In this document: piece after piece, positions 9,405 through 17,782 of the stretch
Layout: every line of letters begins with the position of its first letter
Position numbering within the stretch: the stretch's first letter is position 1
Assembly: GCA_964371525.1 (NCBI GenBank)
Contig: CAYJNX010000002.1
Coordinates: 1 to 43,989 of the forward strand
Length of the DNA: 43,989 nucleotides
Direction: 5' to 3'
DNA from: an uncultured Akkermansia sp.
GTDB taxonomy: Bacteria; Verrucomicrobiota; Verrucomicrobiia; Verrucomicrobiales; Akkermansiaceae
Notes under the pieces: model-generated
Databases searched by the model: none
The model's input: the letters and a program-made list of their open reading frames with translations, nothing else
What the model was told of the DNA's origin: nothing
Made by a program: the position numbers and the translations under genes

Positions 9405-9920
9405 CTACGATGAACATACCGTCATGAGGAATCCTATGATGAGAATGACGATGATCGTAGATACGCCGAAGCCTTCTTCTTTTTTCTCTTGTTTCCCAGC
9501 TTTCCAAGGCCATTCTGGTTTCGGTGCGTCAGGCTTATCTGAGGAAGGTAGTGGAGGGGTAGTCCTCGGAGCAGGGTGACTCGCGGCTTGCTTCGGGATA
9601 GGGGGAAGCGAGCGTGGTGTAGGAGCTTGTGTGACGGGAGCGGAAGGGGCGGCAGGGGCGGCAGGGGCAGGGGCAGGGGTGCTGGGAGCTACAGGCTCTA
9701 AGATCACAGGAATGCTGTGGGTGGCTATGATATCAGCCACTGGCGGTGTGCTGCTAGGTAAGGCCGAGAGCGAGTGCTGCTGTGACGCGAGCGACTGGGC
9801 GCGCTTTGTCTGCTCATCAATCATCTGTTGAAGATTATTGATGAGGGAGTTTGACATGCTTTCTAACTCAGCGCGCTGGCTGTTGAGATGCGTATTGTTC
9901 TCTTCTTGACTATCCTTCAT
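9405..9920 (-). CDS. Hypothetical protein: N-terminal coiled coil, Pro/Ala-rich linker, C-terminal TM helix
   Basis: Gln/Ser-rich helical N-terminus, PAPAPAAP stretch, hydrophobic tail VSTIIVILIIGFLMTVC; overlaps the upstream gene by 11 nt. Confidence 0.7.
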   Translation of the reverse strand: MKDSQEENNTHLNSQRAELESMSNSLINNLQQMIDEQTKRAQSLASQQHSLSALPSSTPPVADIIATHSIPVILEPVAPSTPAPAPAAPAAPSAPVTQAPTPRSLPPIPKQAASHPAPRTTPPLPSSDKPDAPKPEWPWKAGKQEKKEEGFGVSTIIVILIIGFLMTVCSS

Positions 9921-10470
9921 GAGATTGATTTACGGTTGATTTTTTATGCAGTCGCTCCGCTTTCTGGATCATGGCGATTAGTCTTTGCTTGTCACCACGC
10001 GCATTCCATATAAGGGTGAGAAAGTCAGCTGGGTGTATGTCGCCATGATCCTTGAGGAATTTTCTATCCTGCGGGCAGTAAAACATCACGTTCGGATCGA
10101 GATTTCCGTGTAATTTTGCCTCAGCTTTGCGCAGGATGCGAGGGAGATAGACGATATCCTGAAGTGCTTCATATTCTTTAGGTAGCTCTGGTTCAAAAAT
10201 CGTAGGCATCTGGCCACTGATATTACGCTGTGAGGTGATGAAGAAAGAACGGCGAACGGATGCGATGAGCAAGGCCATAGATGGGCTAGGGTAGCCCTCA
10301 GTAGCATAGGCCTTCACGTAGGGATAAAGCTCACTTGGTTTATAACCTATCGTTTCAAAGAACTCAACGTCATCAGGTAGAAAAAATTGATCAGGAATAA
10401 GCGTAGGCGTTAGGTGGTAACGCTCTACTCCTTCCTTGAAAATACGCATAAAATGATCATTCCATTCCAT
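9910..10470 (-). CDS. DUF5069-like protein
   Basis: Start MEWNDHF supported by the adjacent promoter; YLPRILRKAEAKLHGNL...FYCPQDRKFL resembles DUF5069 (recalled, not searched). Confidence 0.6.
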   Translation of the reverse strand: MEWNDHFMRIFKEGVERYHLTPTLIPDQFFLPDDVEFFETIGYKPSELYPYVKAYATEGYPSPSMALLIASVRRSFFITSQRNISGQMPTIFEPELPKEYEALQDIVYLPRILRKAEAKLHGNLDPNVMFYCPQDRKFLKDHGDIHPADFLTLIWNARGDKQRLIAMIQKAERLHKKSTVNQSHEG

Positions 10471-10476
10471 GGTTGT

Positions 10477-10505
10477 ATTATAGGGAAGTGAGTCTCCCAC
10501 GTCAA
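10477..10505 (-). promoter_or_regulatory. Promoter TTGACG-N17-TATAAT, predicted leaderless
   Basis: Near-perfect consensus; -10 ends 6 nt before ATG 10470. Confidence 0.8.
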
Positions 10506-10534
10506 GAGCTAGTTAGTAATGTCGAAATATTGCC

Positions 10535-12412
10535 CTAGCGTGATTGGAATTTTCGCTGTATTTCACTCAGAGAAATGGGGACTAAGGTGGGCTTACCTGA
10601 AGGCGTGCAGTAGGGGATCTCGCAGCAGAGTAGATCTGCGAGTAGCTGGTGTGGCGCGGATAAGAATGGTGCTATGCTCTCTTGCTGGGCATAATGTGAA
10701 GCGAGTTTTGTGACGACGGCTTCGTAGGGATTGCGAGCGCGCGCGATTCGTACCTCACCGCGTGAGCTGAAGCATTCGAGTAAGTTGAGAATGAAGTCTT
10801 CTAGCTCGTCTATTCTGAGCATGCTGGGTAAGGCCTCGATGCGTAAGGAGCGTTGCCCGAAAATGGAGAGGCTAAAGCCCGCCTGCTTCAGCTGCGGGAT
10901 GATCTCTTCTGTGTGTCCCATGTCTCTCGCGTCAATCTCGATGATGACAGGAAGTAAGAGACGCTGGGAGGGGATGGGGCGTTTCTTCGCGATGAGAAGT
11001 CGCTCAAATATGAGACGCTCACGCGCTGCTCGTGGGGATAGCATGACGAGTCCTTCCTTGCCTTGGAAGAGAATGTAGGTCTCATCGAGTTGTCCTATGT
11101 GACGGAAGTTCGGCACTTCTGTCATCACCTGCTGGTTGATGGCTGGATAGGTCGTAGCCATAGCTGGAGATGGGGCGACTATCGTTCCTAGTGCATCACT
11201 CACCGCTATATCGTCAATTTGAGGTACTACTTTTTTCTCCTCTGGCTGCGAGATAGGTAATTCTCTCTGTCGCTCGCGAGGCGCTACAGGGCTGAGGCGA
11301 GAAAGAAGGGGGGAGCGGAGTCCCGAAGGTCGAGGCGCGGGCGTGCTTTCCTCTTTCCTTGGCTGTATCGCGATCTCAGGCTCGCGTGGCTGCTCTTCGC
11401 GCTGGCGTGCATGGTGGGCTAGGCTGACGCGTATGGATTCGATGATGGCATGGCAGACATCATTCATACGACGGAAGCGCACCTCCTTCTTCGCCGGATG
11501 TACATTCACGTCCACGAGGGCGGGATCCATCTTGATATAAAGGAATATGGTCGGGTGCAGTCCTGTAGGAAGCCCTCCGAAGCCATCGCGAATGGCACGA
11601 TTAAGCATCTTGTCTTCGATGGGGCGACCATTGAGGAATATATACTGCATGCGCCTGTTGCGCTTTGCGGCACTCAGTGGCAGCAGATAACCTGAGACGC
11701 TCACGCCAGCGGCCTGCGTGACTTCCATTTCTATAAGTTCGCGTGCGAGCTCTCGCCCCATGAAATCAGCAATGCGCTGACGTAGATCCTTCGTGCCAGC
11801 AGTGTCAAACACCGTTTGCCCCTGCTTAGTGAAAATAAAACGCACCTCTGGATATACCAGAGCATGTAGCATCAACTGATGCTCGATGTGGGCGGCCTCC
11901 GTCTCGTCCTTCTTCAGGAACTTGCGACGTACAGGGGTGTTGTAAAAGAGCTCGGAAACCTCTATACAAGTACCAGGTGCGCAGCCCGCATGACGTGGCT
12001 CGCTCGCCTCTCCGCCCATGACTTTCAACTCCGTGCCTTCCACATCATTGGGGCGGCGCGTGGTGATCGTCAGCTGGGAGACAGAGGCGATGCTGGGGAT
12101 GGCTTCGCCACGGAAGCCTAGCTTCTTAATATCGAAAAGGTCAGAGAAATCACGAATCTTACTCGTCGCGTGGCGCAGCAGGCACATCTGAGCATCTTCA
12201 TGACTCATACCGCAGCCGTCATCGCTCACTCGCATGAGGGCTATGCCTCCACGTTCTATATCTACCTTGACCTGTGTCGCTCCTGCATCAAGACTGTTCT
12301 CGACGAGCTCCTTGATGACGGAAGCGGGACGCTCGACTACCTCGCCCGCCGCTACTTGGCTTGCGAGTACATCCCCCATGAGGTGGATAGTCTGAGACTC
12401 AGGTGCTGTCAT
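10535..12412 (-). CDS. mutL: DNA mismatch repair protein MutL
   Basis: AAGEVVERPASVIKELVENSLDAGA, RHATSKI, GFRGEA, VDVNVHPAKKEVRF. Confidence 0.96.
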   Translation of the reverse strand: MTAPESQTIHLMGDVLASQVAAGEVVERPASVIKELVENSLDAGATQVKVDIERGGIALMRVSDDGCGMSHEDAQMCLLRHATSKIRDFSDLFDIKKLGFRGEAIPSIASVSQLTITTRRPNDVEGTELKVMGGEASEPRHAGCAPGTCIEVSELFYNTPVRRKFLKKDETEAAHIEHQLMLHALVYPEVRFIFTKQGQTVFDTAGTKDLRQRIADFMGRELARELIEMEVTQAAGVSVSGYLLPLSAAKRNRRMQYIFLNGRPIEDKMLNRAIRDGFGGLPTGLHPTIFLYIKMDPALVDVNVHPAKKEVRFRRMNDVCHAIIESIRVSLAHHARQREEQPREPEIAIQPRKEESTPAPRPSGLRSPLLSRLSPVAPRERQRELPISQPEEKKVVPQIDDIAVSDALGTIVAPSPAMATTYPAINQQVMTEVPNFRHIGQLDETYILFQGKEGLVMLSPRAARERLIFERLLIAKKRPIPSQRLLLPVIIEIDARDMGHTEEIIPQLKQAGFSLSIFGQRSLRIEALPSMLRIDELEDFILNLLECFSSRGEVRIARARNPYEAVVTKLASHYAQQESIAPFLSAPHQLLADLLCCEIPYCTPSGKPTLVPISLSEIQRKFQSR

Positions 12413-12440
12413 GAAGGCCGTGAGTGCAGATCCTTGCGGA

Positions 12441-13040
12441 TTATTTCATTCTTTCAGTCACAAGGTGACGAGCTTTGTAGCAATAGTTTGCGCCACTGAT
12501 GAGGGTCAATGCTAGCGATGTCCAGAGCAGAGAGACAGTCACCCAGTCTATCCATTCACTAGACGCCAAGTCTGAGAGTAGGGGAGTGCTTCCTGTAGCG
12601 TAGGCGAGCTGGAAAAGTGCGAAGCCACAGTAAAGGATCTGCAAAACTGTTTTCCATTTCCCAAAGATATCGGCCGCGATGACGATGTTATTATCAACAG
12701 CTAGCTGACGCAGTCCCGTCACGAGAAATTCACGGAACATGATCACGATCGTGATCCAGAAAGGGCAGATGCCAATGGCACTTAGATAGATGAATGCTGC
12801 GCAGACAAGTATTTTATCCGCGAGAGGGTCAAGAAGCTTCCCCACATTAGTGACCTGATTCATCTTACGAGCGAGGTAGCCGTCGAGATAATCAGACGCT
12901 GATCCTACAGCGAATGCCCATAAGGCAATTATTTTTAGTAGGCTGCCATTATCTCCCTGTGTATCAAACGCCAATACTGCAGTGAAAAGAACGACTAAAA
13001 TGAGGCGCGCTACGGTGATACTGTTCGGTAAATTAAGCAT
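12441..13040 (-). CDS. pgsA: CDP-diacylglycerol--glycerol-3-phosphate 3-phosphatidyltransferase
   Basis: NLPNSITVAR, DYLDGYLARK..VTNVGKLLDPLADK, REFLVTGLR, GKWKT. Confidence 0.93.
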   Translation of the reverse strand: MLNLPNSITVARLILVVLFTAVLAFDTQGDNGSLLKIIALWAFAVGSASDYLDGYLARKMNQVTNVGKLLDPLADKILVCAAFIYLSAIGICPFWITIVIMFREFLVTGLRQLAVDNNIVIAADIFGKWKTVLQILYCGFALFQLAYATGSTPLLSDLASSEWIDWVTVSLLWTSLALTLISGANYCYKARHLVTERMK

Positions 13041-13110
13041 GGCAAATTATGCTATCCATTATAAGCGATAGCCTGTCTACACGCAAGTTTTTTTTCTAAG
13101 ACGCTTAGAA

Positions 13111-13148
13111 CAAAAGAACCCGCTGGCAACCGAAGCCACCAGCGGGTT
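13111..13148 (-). terminator. Intrinsic terminator after the TMEM43 gene
   Basis: 10-bp stem AACCCGCTGG/CCAGCGGGTT followed by CTTTTG on the minus strand. Confidence 0.75.
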
Positions 13149-13169
13149 ATAGCTTAGCGTAAAGTAAGA

Positions 13170-14468
13170 CTATGCCGTCTTAGCCTGCGCCTCCTTGCGC
13201 ATTTTTCGCAGGTAGTATATACCTAAGATAACGATGATGAGGAGGCTGCAACCGATGAGAGGTCTGTAGAAGAGCCATGCGACAGCGATGACGCTGATGC
13301 TGATGACAAAGGCGAGCACAAAGGCTGCAAATGTCGTCGCGGCTCCCACGAGGTTCCCAATGAAGGGGACGACATCCGCGAGTACGGAGAGAATAGACAT
13401 CATGGAAGTCAGACCAATACCTATTAGAATGAAGCCTACACCGCGCAGTATCCACGTGAGCATAGAATTGCTACTGTGACCCGTCGCGAATAGCTGCGCT
13501 GATGTCTGAGTACCCATGCCCAGAAGGAGGACTTCTTTCTTATTCCCTGCGATATAGGGAGAGAAGGTCTGGCCATTCTGCTGAGCCACGAAGCTGATAG
13601 CTTCTTCTGGAGCGATGACTGACCATGTGATCTTCATATCTCCAGTCTGAGGCGATGCAGGGCGCTGCACAGAGGTGCTGGGATCTATAATCGGAATACT
13701 ATCGCCCATAGTAACAGTGCTGTTTGCGGGCATGATGGTCTGCCCCTGTGTCTGACCTGAGCTGAGGGTCACATTAGCTACAGCCATGATGACGGGTGCG
13801 TGTACGTAGACCATATTGGACTCGATCTTTGCCTGCTTGGCAATGTTAGCTGGAAGTTGCGTTCCTTCAGGAATGACGTAGGGCTTTTCATTACTTATTA
13901 GTCCTATTTGTCTGGGGCTTAAAGTGAACGCTCCGAATGTCACATTGCTAGCTCGCATTTCCATGCTCTCGGCATTAGGAATAGCGACCTTGTTAGCATA
14001 CTTAGCAGGCTCTTTGAACTTACTCGAATCAACGGGCGCACTGACCCATTTCTGCTCGTAACTATAGACGGTTTCCTTCGTTTCGCTGCCACCGAGATTT
14101 TTCTTGGTTTCAGTGCGAGATTCTTGCACCCATTGGTAGTATTCCGTTTTGCGCTGGAGCATGATGCCCTTATGCGAGATACCGAATACGGGATCAGTCA
14201 GAACCTCGTTTGTCTTAGCTGTGCCGCTCATGTGGACGATTTGTCCCTGATTTGCGGCGTTGACTTCGTTGATATTTGTCACTTCTACCGTCTTGCCAGC
14301 TGCCTCTTCGAGAGCCTGCTTAGTCTTGACATAGTTTCCTTCGTTCCAGAAAAGGAGACCTATACCGATCAATACAAAAAGCGCACCGATAATAATGCCT
14401 TTCAGAGAGTTAGTAATGCGGCTTCCGTATCCTTCAGTAGTGACTTCTGTGTATGAATTTTCGCTCAT
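13170..14468 (-). CDS. TMEM43 (LUMA/DUF1625) family membrane protein
   Basis: LLFWNEG, LTDPVFGI, LQRKTEYYQWVQ, FGAFTLS, TWILRGVG, VAWLFYRP; one N-terminal and three C-terminal TM helices. Confidence 0.88.
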   Translation of the reverse strand: MSENSYTEVTTEGYGSRITNSLKGIIIGALFVLIGIGLLFWNEGNYVKTKQALEEAAGKTVEVTNINEVNAANQGQIVHMSGTAKTNEVLTDPVFGISHKGIMLQRKTEYYQWVQESRTETKKNLGGSETKETVYSYEQKWVSAPVDSSKFKEPAKYANKVAIPNAESMEMRASNVTFGAFTLSPRQIGLISNEKPYVIPEGTQLPANIAKQAKIESNMVYVHAPVIMAVANVTLSSGQTQGQTIMPANSTVTMGDSIPIIDPSTSVQRPASPQTGDMKITWSVIAPEEAISFVAQQNGQTFSPYIAGNKKEVLLLGMGTQTSAQLFATGHSSNSMLTWILRGVGFILIGIGLTSMMSILSVLADVVPFIGNLVGAATTFAAFVLAFVISISVIAVAWLFYRPLIGCSLLIIVILGIYYLRKMRKEAQAKTA

Positions 14469-14635
14469 AATTCGTCTTCTGTTGATATGTTAATAAAAAA
14501 GCCTAACATGATCTATCCATTAAATATACTTAGGCTAACATAATAGAAGTAATACAATAGTCAACAAAAGTCAAGCTTAATTTCCTATTAATTAGATGTG
14601 ATTAAGCTGTACTGAGCTCACAAAGAATTCTATCC

Positions 14636-14664
14636 TTGACCTAAGAGGCATTCCCATCTATTAT
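14636..14664 (+). promoter_or_regulatory. Promoter TTGACC-N17-TATTAT
   Basis: -10 ends 9 nt before ATG 14674. Confidence 0.7.
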
Positions 14665-14673
14665 CCAAGCAAC

Positions 14674-15084
14674 ATGATACCTACACGTTCATCTAGTCTC
14701 GCTTGCTTCGTTCTGAGTGCAGTTCTTGTGGCTCCTAGCCTTGCGCTGACAGAGAAATCAGCCGATGAGGTGCGCTCCGTGCTCTCGCTGATAAAAGGGC
14801 TGCTCAGTGAGCAGGTGCAGTGTCTACAAAAAGTCACGTCTCCCGAGGGCGCTGTGGATGCGAAGAAAGAATACAGCAGAATCCAGGATGAACTCATAAA
14901 CACTCATCAGCTTATCACGGAGGATAGGCTGATCCTGCATTTCGCCCAGTTTCCCGAAGAAGAGCAGGAAGTTATCCATATCATTCAGCAGCTGGCTAAG
15001 GAGATCTCCAGATTGCACAAGATGGAGTACTACCAAGACTCCGAATTAGGCACTCTCTTAGTTCCTCCCGTGGAAGCCTCCTGA
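14674..15084 (+). CDS. Hypothetical secreted helical protein
   Basis: Signal peptide ending SLA; amphipathic helices; has its own promoter. Confidence 0.75.
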   Translation: MIPTRSSSLACFVLSAVLVAPSLALTEKSADEVRSVLSLIKGLLSEQVQCLQKVTSPEGAVDAKKEYSRIQDELINTHQLITEDRLILHFAQFPEEEQEVIHIIQQLAKEISRLHKMEYYQDSELGTLLVPPVEAS

Positions 15085-15159
15085 AGCCTCGTTTAGTCTT
15101 CTTCCCTCATTCGAGCGTTACGAGTGACGGAGATCTTGTGTCATACATATGCGTCTAAC

Positions 15160-15188
15160 TTGACAAGTGAAATGTTCGTATCTAAGAT
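15160..15188 (+). promoter_or_regulatory. Promoter TTGACA-N17-TAAGAT, predicted leaderless
   Basis: Perfect -35; -10 ends 6 nt before ATG 15195. Confidence 0.8.
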
Positions 15189-15194
15189 GTATTC

Positions 15195-16385
15195 ATGAAA
15201 TTACGTATTTTATCAATTGATAAGTTTGCTTGCATTCTCTCGATGAGCCTGTTGGGTAGCGTCGCGACTATGGCAGAAGAGGAAACCTGCAATATAGGCT
15301 GCGCGAGCCCAGAAAGGCAGACCGAAGTGAAAGCTGATCTTGACGCCCAAATGGAGGTCCTCACTGAGCAGTTAATGGGGCAGGTAGAAGGTGCGCTCAC
15401 AGAGCTTGCAGAGGAGGCTCAGGATGTGTATAACGATCCATACCTCCATCTTAAGATGGTAGCGCTTTTTAATCTTGCAGTAGAGGAACCTGAGTTCAGA
15501 GGCTACGATCCAGAGCTGGTGAAACCCGTGATACTTACGGAAGAAGAGCGCGATGCCCTCTCAGGGGCAGAAGACTTGGCATACTCTGGTGTATGCAGGC
15601 AGTTGGAATTTCAAATGCTTATATCTGGAATGAATCTAAGCTTATACACGGCTGATTCAATACTTTTTAAGTTGGATGTTTTGAATATTCTACTGAAGGA
15701 TTCCTTGCCCGCGTCCTTGGTAGACCTCGCTGAGCTCGAAACTCAGATCGCGTATTTTGTGCAACTTAATATACCCTATGAGGAAGACATAGATGACGAG
15801 CTGAGGGGGGAAATCAAGGCTAAGTATAGCGAGGAATTTGTCCGAGCCTTGGATATTCTTTTAGAATACAAAGAATTAAGAGATGAAAAGAGACAGGAGT
15901 TGCTTGTAGATGAGGCTAAACCTCAGAAGGATTTCACGCCTCAGCTTGTGGGGGTATGCCGTTATCTATTCGAGAATTATAATAAGACTGTGACTCAATC
16001 TGAAATGACTAAGAATGAGTTACTATTCCTTGATATGGGGATGCGAGGTCTTGCGATGTGGATTTTTATCACAGAGACATGGGGGGACTTAGAGCTGAGT
16101 GTAGAAGACCAGAAGCTTTTCTACGCCTGCCTGCGTCATCTGAATGCTGGAGGTATCCTGAACATACTTAAATACGCGCAAAATGATTTTAGCGAGCAGT
16201 ACTCTGAGGAGAAAAAATCGCCATTCACCCTAAAAGAATCCGCGAATTATCTCGTACCTGAGACTTATCTGAAGAAGAATCCCCCCATCAGCACGGATCA
16301 TATCATCCGCCTCTGCTCCGAGAAGCTAGATGAGCTCTTCCCTGAGCGAAAGAGCTACCAGCCGAGCGACTGGCAGGCGCTGTAA
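15195..16385 (+). CDS. Hypothetical acidic secreted protein
   Basis: 396-aa ORF with signal peptide (…SVATMA-EE), Glu/Leu-rich; no family recognised. Confidence 0.75.
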   Translation: MKLRILSIDKFACILSMSLLGSVATMAEEETCNIGCASPERQTEVKADLDAQMEVLTEQLMGQVEGALTELAEEAQDVYNDPYLHLKMVALFNLAVEEPEFRGYDPELVKPVILTEEERDALSGAEDLAYSGVCRQLEFQMLISGMNLSLYTADSILFKLDVLNILLKDSLPASLVDLAELETQIAYFVQLNIPYEEDIDDELRGEIKAKYSEEFVRALDILLEYKELRDEKRQELLVDEAKPQKDFTPQLVGVCRYLFENYNKTVTQSEMTKNELLFLDMGMRGLAMWIFITETWGDLELSVEDQKLFYACLRHLNAGGILNILKYAQNDFSEQYSEEKKSPFTLKESANYLVPETYLKKNPPISTDHIIRLCSEKLDELFPERKSYQPSDWQAL

Positions 16386-16497
16386 CAAAGGTGTATATTA
16401 CGCTTGCTTGGCGCGTGCGATGTGCCAAGCACAAACGCAGATCTGCTTCCCTTCGTAAGATAATTCTCGCCTTTTGCTGCTAATTCTACGAGCCAGT

Positions 16498-16767
16498 CTA
16501 ATCGGTGGGGTCATGTAGTAATTCTTGTAGTCTGTGCAGTTCATTATCCATGTAGTGATCGAGATCTTCGCGGTGTAACTTCATTTGGAAGATTACCTTG
16601 TCTCTGTATCCCAGAGCTGCCGCGAGAGATAGCTCCTCAGATCCATACTTCATGTCCGAGAAGTAGCGTGTGATGATGCGTCCGCGTCGTTGTATACTTA
16701 CGCGCCAGCCGAGGAAGTCTGTGCTTTCGTATGTGTAGCGTGTGATGTTTTTTATTTTCATAGTCAT
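16498..16767 (-). CDS. Stand-alone AP2-domain DNA-binding protein
   Basis: KNITR....GWRVSIQRRG...RYFSDMKYGSEELSLAAALGYRD matches the bacterial/phage/ApiAP2 AP2 pattern WxxxxxxxGxxxxxxFSxxKYG..A...A..xR. Confidence 0.75.
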   Translation of the reverse strand: MTMKIKNITRYTYESTDFLGWRVSIQRRGRIITRYFSDMKYGSEELSLAAALGYRDKVIFQMKLHREDLDHYMDNELHRLQELLHDPTD

Positions 16768-16831
16768 TCAATTTAAAAGACAATAGGTTAGATTTAATTG
16801 TTCAATAACTTTCAGAATGGATATTTCTCGC

Positions 16832-16860
16832 TTGCATTTTAGAGAAAGCTAGGCTAGCAT
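16832..16860 (+). promoter_or_regulatory. Promoter TTGCAT-N17-TAGCAT for cdaA, predicted leaderless
   Basis: -10 ends 6 nt before ATG 16867. Confidence 0.6.
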
Positions 16861-16866
16861 AGAAGC

Positions 16867-17634
16867 ATGCCCAGCTATTCGCTGCTTACAGCCATCTTCG
16901 AGATCGGCGTTCTGTGGTTTCTCTTCTACCAGACCTACCGTGTGTTTAAAAACTCACGTGGTGCTGCTATTTTGATTGGCTTGATCGCTCTCGTTCTCGT
17001 TGGTGGGATACTCCTTCAGGTTTTCCAAGCAGAGGTGCTTAAGTATCTTGTGAGTTCACTGATCGGTATCGGTACGATCCTCGTCGTGCTCTTCCAGCAA
17101 GAGATTCGCACCGGGCTCGCTAAGATTGGCACGAAGCATTTTCTGAACTTCTTCGGGCAGACGGATAACCGAAAGGATCTTATCGAAGAGATCGTCGAGT
17201 CTGTCAGCTGGCTAGCGAGTCGTCGTCATGGTGCGCTCATCGCGCTGGAGCGTAAGATTAATCTAGAAGGCTCCGCTAGCACCGCTGTGGAGGTAGATGC
17301 GATTTTTTCCCGAGAGCTTATCACGACGATATTCATGCCGAAGTCACCCTTGCATGACGGTGCTGTCCTGATACAGGGCGATAGAATCTTCGCTGCTGCG
17401 GCAATTCTCCCTGTGTCAAATCGCGAATTACGCGACACATCTATGGGGCTGCGCCATCGTGCGGGTATCGGGCTAGCCGAGGAGACGGATGCAGTTGTCA
17501 TCATCGTATCGGAGGAGACAGGTGCGGTATCTATCGCGGTGAGTAACAGTGTCGAGCGTAATGTAGACATGACTTATCTCACTCTGAGGCTTAAAGAACT
17601 TTTTAACCAATCGAATCATGTGGATCAAAGTTAA
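16867..17634 (+). CDS. cdaA: Diadenylate cyclase CdaA/DacA
   Basis: Three N-terminal TM helices, FQQEIR, GALIALER, PLHDGAV and GLRHRA DAC motifs, VSEETG. Confidence 0.95.
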   Translation: MPSYSLLTAIFEIGVLWFLFYQTYRVFKNSRGAAILIGLIALVLVGGILLQVFQAEVLKYLVSSLIGIGTILVVLFQQEIRTGLAKIGTKHFLNFFGQTDNRKDLIEEIVESVSWLASRRHGALIALERKINLEGSASTAVEVDAIFSRELITTIFMPKSPLHDGAVLIQGDRIFAAAAILPVSNRELRDTSMGLRHRAGIGLAEETDAVVIIVSEETGAVSIAVSNSVERNVDMTYLTLRLKELFNQSNHVDQS

Positions 17635-17779
17635 ACGCTTTTTCAGTACGAACTGGCAAGCAAAGGCAATAGCGCTTCTCCTCGCTATCATCATATGGAT
17701 AGGGGTAAAAGAGGGCGGAATAGATAGCGAGAATCAGCAGAAGCTTGAGGACGGAGACATCATCCTTTCTACACCATAA
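17618..17779 (+). CDS. Small membrane protein resembling the CdaR N-terminal anchor (53 aa; absent from the ORF track)
   Basis: Translated by hand: MWIKVKRFFSTNWQAKAIALLLAIIIWIGVKEGGIDSENQQKLEDGDIILSTP*. It overlaps the cdaA end by 17 nt and stops 3 nt before bioD. Confidence 0.8.
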   Translation: MWIKVKRFFSTNWQAKAIALLLAIIIWIGVKEGGIDSENQQKLEDGDIILSTP

Positions 17780-17782
17780 TTT

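Noticed and set aside
9646..9687. GGGGC(GGC)A tandem repeats with G-quadruplex potential
   Set aside because: Explained by the Pro-Ala linker codons of the minus-strand gene.
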